This document shows, one piece after another, positions 57,315-64,000 of a DNA stretch of 64,000 nucleotides; the first letter of the stretch is position 1; the number at the start of each line of letters is the position of its first letter. Source of the stretch: a virus. The notes under the pieces were generated by a model, which made no database searches, was not told the origin of the DNA, and saw only the letters and a list, made by a program, of their open reading frames with translations. Both the position numbers and the translations under genes were made by a program. The stretch lies in the IMG/VR virus record IMGVR_UViG_3300007609_001696, positions 1 to 64,000 of that record; one strand, given 5' to 3'.

Positions 57315-57683
57315 TTATTTCTTGTCTTTGCTTTTTTGGTTTATTGCGTCTGCACCAAAGAATGCTGATACCAGTACTGCAATAGAAGCAAAATATGTTG
57401 GAGCAATATCTGCAATTAGTTGACTTGCTGTGTCCATGCCAAAGGCACTAGTAATAGCAATACCGATTGGATACACCAGTAGCCCAAACAGTGCAAACCA
57501 TGCCATTTTGCGAATAGCATCTCGTTGTGCATCCTGGTCTTCTAATGCCTTGCGCTTGAATTCTAGATGCATTTCCATTTCTTCTCTGCTGATATGTCCG
57601 TCGCCGTTGATGTCAATTTCGTTGGCAATATCAGTGTCGATTGTGTTTTTGTTTTGTTGTGATGGCGTGTTCTGTTCTGCCAT
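57315..57683 (-). CDS. EF-hand plus two-TM membrane protein (holin-like candidate)
   Basis: DINGDGHISREE loop followed by two hydrophobic helices. Confidence 0.65.
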   Translation of the reverse strand: MAEQNTPSQQNKNTIDTDIANEIDINGDGHISREEMEMHLEFKRKALEDQDAQRDAIRKMAWFALFGLLVYPIGIAITSAFGMDTASQLIADIAPTYFASIAVLVSAFFGADAINQKSKDKK

Positions 57684-57964
57684 TATTTTTGCTCCTCTAA
57701 ATTTTTTATTCGAGCTTCTAGTTCATCGATTTTTTTAGTGACTGCTGGATACTTTTTTCTCCATGCATCTGCTGGCTGTTCTAACCATGTCCAGCCGTAG
57801 CGAGCCACAAGAAAATCTAACGCTTGGTCTATTTTACCATACGCCCAAAGTCCTGCTCGTGTGTCCTTAAGATAGGATAGTGCGATTGCACCCGCAATTG
57901 AACCACCGATAGCAGTCCAAATCCATAGGGTATCGTCGAACATTCTATCGATCATTTCTAACAT
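57683..57964 (-). CDS. Single-TM membrane protein, putative holin/antiholin
   Basis: N-terminal TM, coiled-coil tail, next to the spanins. Confidence 0.5.
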   Translation of the reverse strand: MLEMIDRMFDDTLWIWTAIGGSIAGAIALSYLKDTRAGLWAYGKIDQALDFLVARYGWTWLEQPADAWRKKYPAVTKKIDELEARIKNLEEQK

Positions 57965-57995
57965 AGCACCCTCTCCTTTGCTATGCTAGTATTTA

Positions 57996-58439
57996 TTAGT
58001 TGAGTGGAGTTTCGCTGACCACAGATTCTGTTGTAGCCGCAGTTGCAGCGGTTTGCTCTATTTCAGGGGCAACTGCATTTTCGTAGTATACAATGATTTG
58101 TTTTTGTTGATTGATATACCGACGTAGTTCGGCTATGTTGAGAGCAAGATTTTCATAATCTTGCATGCTAAGCGCCACAAATGCTATATTTCCGTGTCTT
58201 TGTTCAAATTCTAGCAAAAAGTCATCTAGATTTCTTTCGTTGACCACATATACTCTTGTGTCAGTTAGTTGGACTGGTTTGGGTTGCGCCACCGTTGGCA
58301 CTGTTGTTTTCTCGACTTTGGTCACCACCTTCACTTCCGGTTCTTTCTGGAAGCTGCTGCAACCAGACAGGAAGAGGATCGCTACCATCGCCGCCAGTGT
58401 CTTCGGTAATGCTGCGCCAAAGTTTTGCTGTAGCACCAT
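57996..58439 (-). CDS. o-spanin (Rz1-like lipoprotein)
   Basis: Lipobox LSGC; overlaps the i-spanin 3' end in another frame. Confidence 0.75.
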   Translation of the reverse strand: MVLQQNFGAALPKTLAAMVAILFLSGCSSFQKEPEVKVVTKVEKTTVPTVAQPKPVQLTDTRVYVVNERNLDDFLLEFEQRHGNIAFVALSMQDYENLALNIAELRRYINQQKQIIVYYENAVAPEIEQTAATAATTESVVSETPLN

Positions 58440-58764
58440 TCATTTTACCTTCTAGCGTTTGTGGATCTCTCAAAGCATCTTGCACCAAATCCATGCGATT
58501 TAGTTTGCCTTGTAATTCATCTCCGTAAGCTTCTGCAGCCTGTAGATCTTGTTGTAATCTTGTGTTTAGTTGCTGAAACTTTACAATGTCTTGTTTGAGA
58601 TTTTCTATACTTTGTTCTGAAATTTCAACAGCAGTCTCCAACCGAGCGTTGTTTTCTCTTAGTGTTGCTATTGTTGCTTGTGTAGTATCGTAGTAGTACT
58701 TGGCACTGTAACCAACAATACCAAGCACCCCTACAATTACTATTAAAGCATATACCTTAAGCAT
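58261..58764 (-). CDS. i-spanin (Rz-like)
   Basis: N-terminal TM (MLKVYALIVIVG) then coiled coil; follows the endolysin. Confidence 0.75.
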   Translation of the reverse strand: MLKVYALIVIVGVLGIVGYSAKYYYDTTQATIATLRENNARLETAVEISEQSIENLKQDIVKFQQLNTRLQQDLQAAEAYGDELQGKLNRMDLVQDALRDPQTLEGKMNGATAKLWRSITEDTGGDGSDPLPVWLQQLPERTGSEGGDQSRENNSANGGATQTSPTN

Positions 58765-59221
58765 TGATGCCTTCTGAATACTGTGTCTTGCCATCTACAC
58801 GGCTAGCAGTTAGTATACTTCTGCGATTTTCGCCATCTGCTTTGTATGATACATGCACCCATCCCGAGTCAGGGATGCCCGGAGTATAAAATTCTAGTAT
58901 CAATTGGTCGAACTCTAAGTTATCACGAATCCACTCTGCTAGCTCAGCATTTGGCACGCCCGGTACTTCGATATCGGCCGCTTCACCTTTGCAATGCTGT
59001 GAGCGACTGCTTCCGCCCACCGCTTCGTTGAGCTCAGGTGAACGATAGCCACTGTTGATAACAGTAGGACCAAAGTGGTCACGAACTTTTTGTACTACAT
59101 TTTCAAACAGTGCTTTAGCTGCTTCAAGGTGATCTCCTTCTGGCGTGTTGTCAATGCCGCGACGTTCTGCAGTTTGACTTTTGGTAAATTCTGCCATTGT
59201 AAAATTTTTTGATAGACGCAT
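58757..59221 (-). CDS. Endolysin, peptidase M15A family
   Basis: SGYRS, SQH..G.AAD, WVH. Confidence 0.88.
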   Translation of the reverse strand: MRLSKNFTMAEFTKSQTAERRGIDNTPEGDHLEAAKALFENVVQKVRDHFGPTVINSGYRSPELNEAVGGSSRSQHCKGEAADIEVPGVPNAELAEWIRDNLEFDQLILEFYTPGIPDSGWVHVSYKADGENRRSILTASRVDGKTQYSEGINA

Positions 59222-59223
59222 TT

Positions 59224-59754
59224 TTAATTTCCTTTGAATGTTTTAACTGAATCGTAAAAGTCCCACGTGCCTGTTTGTGGAACTCTTGCAATGTTTTTGT
59301 ATTGTTCTAGTTGTGTGTTTTGCGTTTGATGCGATTCATACGCATCTGGTGTGCAAGGCACCAAATCCTGCAAAACCAACCGGCTTGCAGGGTATTTAGT
59401 ATTGTTGCCTTTGTACTTGATCATCCAGTCATTAATATCGGTCAAATTTGTTATGCCTGAAAGTATGGTCATTAATTGTGCCGGAAACTCTTCAGTACGT
59501 GGTATCTCTGCAAACACCAGGTAGGCATCATCGGTTTTTTCACCGTTGCTGACATCTGCGTCCAGCACATAATCATAGCCTTTTTCTATGAATTTTACCA
59601 GATCATCTGCAGGTTCGCGATCAGTGATTTTAAAACTCACTGTAACAACGTCTTTGTTTTCGCCCATTTTGCTGGAATATTCGTCAATGAAAACATTATT
59701 TCTCATGAGACGACGCAGATCTCCTGCTTTTAATCCTTCAAATAGAGCTGTCAT
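59224..59754 (-). CDS. Hypothetical phage protein
   Basis: IDEY.SKMG, FIEKGY..VLDADVS.GE. Confidence 0.65.
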   Translation of the reverse strand: MTALFEGLKAGDLRRLMRNNVFIDEYSSKMGENKDVVTVSFKITDREPADDLVKFIEKGYDYVLDADVSNGEKTDDAYLVFAEIPRTEEFPAQLMTILSGITNLTDINDWMIKYKGNNTKYPASRLVLQDLVPCTPDAYESHQTQNTQLEQYKNIARVPQTGTWDFYDSVKTFKGN

Positions 59755-60250
59755 CTTGAATACCTTTGGGGTTGTTTAATTCTTGTTCTTCTGCTGATTC
59801 CAGGTCATCGGCATTGATAAGTTGATTGTTCAACCGTTTTTTGCCTTGTTCAATGTCATTCATCAGTTTTTTTGGCATGATCAATTCAACTATCCAAATT
59901 GGTTTTTTTTCTAGTTTGCCTTTTCTGCTGCCGTCACCTCTGTAGTCTTCGGGTGATTCTATTTTTACAGGGTACACCAGTTGTTCTTTGACGTAGTTTA
60001 CTTCAATACCATAGGGCTTTAATCTTTCTATCAGTTGCGGATCTGGCATTTTGTTGTAAGGCCACATAAACTTAGCACCTACAAAATATTTTTCAAACAC
60101 AGGGCCTTCTACCAATTCCCCGTGGAGCCAATTTTTGTAGGAGTACACATTTAGTTCGTCTAGTACACGCTCCATGTCAAGCAAGTATTCCAAACTGTTG
60201 TCGCTCATGTACACACTTTTGGTATTTTCGATGATTTTTTTCAGTTCCAT
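59738..60250 (-). CDS. Hypothetical phage late protein
   Basis: ERVLD...Y.Y.NW..GELV.GP; TAAATA upstream. Confidence 0.65.
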   Translation of the reverse strand: MELKKIIENTKSVYMSDNSLEYLLDMERVLDELNVYSYKNWLHGELVEGPVFEKYFVGAKFMWPYNKMPDPQLIERLKPYGIEVNYVKEQLVYPVKIESPEDYRGDGSRKGKLEKKPIWIVELIMPKKLMNDIEQGKKRLNNQLINADDLESAEEQELNNPKGIQDDSSI

Positions 60251-60280
60251 TATACAATCTCAAGATTTATAATGTATTTA

Positions 60281-60685
60281 TTACAACTTGCCTTCGGATC
60301 TCAGTTGTGCTCTGATCTTGGTTGCTGAAATTTCATGTATGTCTGCACCTAGATCGTGTTGTGTGAATGTGTATCCAACACCTCTGCCATAGCTGATATC
60401 AACTATATTAGGCACTTGCGTGATAACATAGTCTTCATCTTCGTGAAATCCTTCCGCAGCAAGTGCGGTTCTAATGTTTACTACCACTTGAGAAAATGTA
60501 AACGGGTTATCATTTTGTCCAGGTACCCTGGCGTTTGCTTCCGTGTCAGCTGGCACATCTCTGCACATAATACACACTTGTCCAGTTTCTAACAATGCTT
60601 TTTTAAAAAGGGCTGTGTGTCCATCGTGCCAAGGTTGCCAGCGGCCCATTAGCATAGTAGTCGGGTGCTTCCAGTTAAAACTCAT
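60281..60685 (-). CDS. Cytidyltransferase-like nucleotidyltransferase
   Basis: GRWQPWHDGH, YGRGVGY, ISATKIR. Confidence 0.8.
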   Translation of the reverse strand: MSFNWKHPTTMLMGRWQPWHDGHTALFKKALLETGQVCIMCRDVPADTEANARVPGQNDNPFTFSQVVVNIRTALAAEGFHEDEDYVITQVPNIVDISYGRGVGYTFTQHDLGADIHEISATKIRAQLRSEGKL

Positions 60686-61296
60686 ATTTTTTCCTTACAG
60701 TTATCAAAGTGTCTTTTTTTCATACTACCTAAATATCTTCCTTCGGACCCGCAATGCGGACATGTAATATTAGGTTTTGATTTAATAGTATTCGCAGATT
60801 TTAATCTTGATTCTTTAGTTATTACTTGTTTTTTTCTTGCTTGACGAATTTTATTTTTTGTTTCTTCACTTACAGATTTACCTGTGTGTGTTTGTTTAAT
60901 TCTTTCCCTGTGAGCAGGATCTTCCCATAATGCCTTAGATGCCTGTCTTAGTTTTTCTATATATTCTGGATTTTGGTTTCTGTTCTTTGCGGCTACGCTT
61001 AATTTATTTCTTACTTCTTCATCTAAATTAAACATTAAATTATTTCGTTGATTATATACACTTTCAGATGTAAGATCTAATTCATTTAACATTCTATTTT
61101 CAACTTCTTGACATTCCTTCATTGGTCCTTTGTGTAAAATTTCTCTTTCCCAAATATAATCAGGATTATTAAAATCGTTCCAAAACCTCTCAGATGCTGA
61201 AGAACACACATAGCCGTCGTTTTCTGTTCCTTTGTGGTATCCTATATAAATCTTATTCAATGTCTTGTTTGTCCAACGATATACAAATGAGTCCAT
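60682..61296 (-). CDS. GIY-YIG family homing endonuclease with NUMOD-like repeats and C-terminal zinc finger
   Basis: FVY......KIYIG.H, Y..SS, E, YN, SEETK.KI, CPHC. Confidence 0.85.
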   Translation of the reverse strand: MDSFVYRWTNKTLNKIYIGYHKGTENDGYVCSSASERFWNDFNNPDYIWEREILHKGPMKECQEVENRMLNELDLTSESVYNQRNNLMFNLDEEVRNKLSVAAKNRNQNPEYIEKLRQASKALWEDPAHRERIKQTHTGKSVSEETKNKIRQARKKQVITKESRLKSANTIKSKPNITCPHCGSEGRYLGSMKKRHFDNCKEKI

Positions 61297-61320
61297 AACT
61301 TTCTCCTACAAAGTTATTTA
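61295..61320 (-). promoter_or_regulatory. Late promoter plus SD/AUG-sequestering hairpin
   Basis: ATAACTTT-gtaggag-AAAGTTAT(G); TAAATA overlaps the 5' arm. Confidence 0.75.
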
Positions 61321-61338
61321 TCATATTGTGCCATTAAC

Positions 61339-61404
61339 CTAACATTTATGCCACCGGCCCAACATCTGTGTGGTAGGTTTCTTCCAATCAAATTTCTTTT
61401 CCAT
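61339..61404 (-). pseudogene. Truncated 5' stub of the cytidyltransferase gene
   Basis: MEKKFDWKKPTTQMLGRWHKC* versus downstream MSFNWKHPTTMLMGRWQPW; has its own GGAG SD. Confidence 0.8.
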
Positions 61405-61615
61405 CTTTTACTCCGTATTTGATGTATCTATACCATATTCGTTCATGACCGTAGTACAGCACAAACTTTATAACTAAATCTGCTAAAAACACAGCACCCA
61501 CTGCTTTTGGCGGCAAGCCAAAAAACCAAGCAATAAGTGCTGTTGTAATACTGGCTATGATTCGCCAGGTGACTGCTTTGGCAATGTGTCTTTTTCTTTC
61601 AACAGCATGACTCAT
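61388..61615 (-). CDS. DUF2061-like membrane protein
   Basis: KAVTWR...YY.HERIW. Confidence 0.8.
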   Translation of the reverse strand: MSHAVERKRHIAKAVTWRIIASITTALIAWFFGLPPKAVGAVFLADLVIKFVLYYGHERIWYRYIKYGVKDGKEI

Positions 61616-62031
61616 GCAACCGACTCCTGTAGATGGTTGGCAAAACTTTGAATTTCGCTGTCAGACAGATGTCTTGTTATGTGAAAGTGCACATGCCCTA
61701 CAGGTGGCTCAAACATTTTGTTGGTGTCTTCAAACCTGCCTTGAGAAATAGTGTCTACCCATATCACTATGTCTGCACCAAATGCAGATCTTGCTGACTC
61801 GGTAGGACACACAAAATCACACATCACGTGTCTTCCGTTGGATTTTTCAAAGTCTGCAAAGGTTCTCATGCGATTGGCCTGCCTTATTCTGCCTTCTGGT
61901 GCAAAGTCCCAGTCATTGGCCATTTCTCTGACTGCGTCAGCATTGTACCAAGCATAGCCCAGGTGTTTTTGTAATCTTTGCGCAAGATGAGTTTTTCCTG
62001 AACCAGGAAGACCCATTATAAGAATTTTCAT
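61612..62031 (-). CDS. Adenylylsulfate kinase-like P-loop kinase
   Basis: GLPGSGKT, NAD.VR, DF...GR..QA, FE.P. Confidence 0.75.
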   Translation of the reverse strand: MKILIMGLPGSGKTHLAQRLQKHLGYAWYNADAVREMANDWDFAPEGRIRQANRMRTFADFEKSNGRHVMCDFVCPTESARSAFGADIVIWVDTISQGRFEDTNKMFEPPVGHVHFHITRHLSDSEIQSFANHLQESVA

Positions 62032-62195
62032 AGTGTAATAACCTAATGTATAACCTATTTATTTGCAAAAAACCCTATACCAAAATTTATATGTTTGATG
62101 TAGTTTTATTAAACACAAACTAAATATTTTTGTGATTGGGTCCTGCCTAATCTTTAGACAGGGCTCTGTCCAAATGCAAATATTTGGAGGCAACT

Positions 62196-62918
62196 TTGTC
62201 TAAGAAGCAAAAACGCAACTTTAACAATTCAAACGTAAGTAATTTCAATGATTTCGTCAGAGAACGAAAAAGATCAATCGAACTCATTCCTAGAAGCTTG
62301 AATCAGGAAAAATACATAGATTTATTGCTGGATCGCTCAAAATACATTGTATTTGCCAGTGGTCCTGCAGGAACAGGAAAAACCATGTTGGCTACCTTAG
62401 CTGGAATTCGCGCACTCAAAGAGCGAAGCATTGATAAAATAGTGCTAACTAGACCAGCAGTTGGCGTAGACGACGAAAAGCATGGTTTTTTACCAGGGGA
62501 CCTAAATCAAAAAATGGAACCTTGGACCAAACCATTATTTGACGTATTTGCGGAGTACTATTCACCGCAAGAAATTGCCAAAATGCTAGAAGAACAAACA
62601 ATTGAAATAAGCCCACTAGCATTTATGCGTGGTAGAACTTTTAAAAACAGCTGGATCATCGCTGACGAGATGCAGAATGCGACACCATCGCAAATGAAGA
62701 TGTTGCTAACACGCTTGGGCGAAAACAGTCAAATGGTGGTCACAGGAGACATCAAACAGGCGGATAGAGCCAACAATGAGAACGGCTTGCTGGATTTCAG
62801 CATGCTCTATGAACGTTATGGCAAAAGCACGATGATAGATTTCGTCCAGTTTGAAAACAAAGACATTGAACGTCATCCAGTGGTAGAAGAAGTACTCAAA
62901 ATGTATGGCGAAGGATAA
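62196..62918 (+). CDS. phoH: PhoH family ATPase
   Basis: GPAGTGKT, RPAV, GFLPG, MRGR, DEMQN, GD..Q.D; TTG start after GGAGG. Confidence 0.95.
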   Translation: MSKKQKRNFNNSNVSNFNDFVRERKRSIELIPRSLNQEKYIDLLLDRSKYIVFASGPAGTGKTMLATLAGIRALKERSIDKIVLTRPAVGVDDEKHGFLPGDLNQKMEPWTKPLFDVFAEYYSPQEIAKMLEEQTIEISPLAFMRGRTFKNSWIIADEMQNATPSQMKMLLTRLGENSQMVVTGDIKQADRANNENGLLDFSMLYERYGKSTMIDFVQFENKDIERHPVVEEVLKMYGEG

Positions 62919-62946
62919 TAAAGGGGCCTTGTGCCCCTTTATTGTT
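62917..62946. terminator. Bidirectional intrinsic terminator
   Basis: AATAAAGGGGC-cttgt-GCCCCTTTATT between convergent genes. Confidence 0.85.
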
Positions 62947-63998
62947 TAGGCAATATCCAAGCCAAAATTCTGCAGAGTCGGAATGTGTAGAGGTGTAAAT
63001 TCCTCAGAAAATTCACTTGCCCAAACAGCAAAGTCGTCTCTGCCCATGGAGTTGGCCATGTCCACATACACTTGAGCTTGACTCTGCGTAGGAGTAGCAC
63101 CAATGAGGTTTTCATACAGTGTGTCAACAGTGTCTTCTACAGTGTAATCGCCAATGTAATCTAATGCGGCGCCGGCCACCATCTCATCACTCCACCCTTG
63201 CTGATACAAATCCAAACCAATGCTCACAATGTTTGGATCACGCAGTGTTTCAACTCCAAGTGTTGCAGTCACCACACTGGCCAAACTGCCCAAGTTGTCT
63301 GAATAACTGATGTTGGCCACACCGTCGTCTACTGTAAACTCGTTGTTCCACACAGCAAATTCTATTCCGTTGGCAACTTGGTCAGCGGTTTTTTGCTTGT
63401 TTTCTGCACTTTCGCTGAAATGATACAATAAATGGGCTCTGGTAAACCCAGGCGTATTTTCCAAGTCATTTAGCCACCATGCAAAGCCTTCTGCATCCGG
63501 GTCACGTCCAAGCACATTGTTGTACAGGGCTGTGATGTATTGTTCGTTTGAAGAATCGGCACCATAGGTGTTGGCGAATTCTGCGCTTTGTAAAAAGCTG
63601 TTGGCTGTGCCCAGCAGGTTCAGTTTACCAGTGTCCAGCATATTGATCCAATAGCCCAAACCTTCGGCATCCGGAGTTCGGTCAAATGCAGCACTGTACA
63701 ATCTATAGGCCTGTCCTGCGTTACCTTCAACGTCAAATGCAATGCTACGGTCTTCAAGATACAAACGATCTCTGCTGAACATGGTGTCGTTTTCGTACAC
63801 CATCATGTACTCGCCGTAGTTTCCGCCAGGTGTTGGGTGGTCCCTGTAGATTTTTTCTTGCCAGATTGCTTCTGCTGATCCGTCATTGTCAATGTCTGCC
63901 CAGTGCAAACTTGGTTCTTGCCAATCTTCTAAGTCAGCAATTTTTAACAATTCTTTATTAACAGGTGAAAAGTTGCCCTGGCGGTCGTTGAGCCACAC
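62946..63998 (-). CDS. DUF4214 (S-layer-associated) domain protein, C-terminal part
   Basis: YRLY.AAFDR.PD..GL.YW, LY.NVLGR.PD..G..WW, FSES.E; DIDNDG loop; starts outside the window. Confidence 0.8.
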   Translation of the reverse strand: MWLNDRQGNFSPVNKELLKIADLEDWQEPSLHWADIDNDGSAEAIWQEKIYRDHPTPGGNYGEYMMVYENDTMFSRDRLYLEDRSIAFDVEGNAGQAYRLYSAAFDRTPDAEGLGYWINMLDTGKLNLLGTANSFLQSAEFANTYGADSSNEQYITALYNNVLGRDPDAEGFAWWLNDLENTPGFTRAHLLYHFSESAENKQKTADQVANGIEFAVWNNEFTVDDGVANISYSDNLGSLASVVTATLGVETLRDPNIVSIGLDLYQQGWSDEMVAGAALDYIGDYTVEDTVDTLYENLIGATPTQSQAQVYVDMANSMGRDDFAVWASEFSEEFTPLHIPTLQNFGLDIA

Positions 63999-64000
63999 GC

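Noticed and set aside
60686-61345. Group I intron around the GIY-YIG gene
   Set aside because: There is no room for a ribozyme core (about 40 nt upstream, none downstream), and the downstream gene has its own SD, ATG and complete N-terminus
1-64000. Stop-codon reassignment
   Set aside because: Recognisable genes are full length under the standard bacterial code and several end in TAG or TGA
1-64000. tRNA or rRNA genes
   Set aside because: Intergenic gaps are short; those inspected hold promoters, hairpins or small ORFs, and no cloverleaf was seen by eye

Overview
This 64-kb, gene-dense, AT-rich segment comes from a large dsDNA tailed phage with T4-superfamily features: gp43-type PolB, putative sliding clamp, T4-type RNase H, DsbA-like protein, ThyX, PhoH, an endolysin/spanin cassette (implying a Gram-negative host) and many TAAATA late-promoter motifs. 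Layout from left to right: (1) a glycan-modification island (radical SAM, SGNH, carbamoyltransferase, glycosyltransferase-like genes); (2) core genes and a MoxR-VWA pair; (3) an extended 7-deazaguanine DNA-modification locus with metK, queE, queD, a second QueD-like T-fold protein carrying an LxxxHRHxF motif, a TGT/DpdA-fold enzyme, a glycosyltransferase, GalE, 2OG oxygenases, an aminotransferase and a PRTase, interrupted by a lipoprotein/autotransporter-like subtilisin; (4) a fractured polB gene (split intein plus a free-standing Vsr-like homing endonuclease); (5) a late-gene block of probable capsid-packaged proteins; (6) clpA-def-dnaJ; (7) lysis genes; (8) a GIY-YIG endonuclease that appears to have duplicated its target gene's 5' end; (9) phoH and a DUF4214 protein. 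The best candidate for an undescribed system is a replisome-coupled deazaguanine (hyper)modification pathway. Its TGT-fold enzyme shares the polymerase's C-terminal clamp-binding-like motif, and a preQ1-I-like RNA pseudoknot lies upstream of queD. All assignments come from reading motifs by eye; no database searches were run. No tRNA, rRNA or CRISPR array was recognised.
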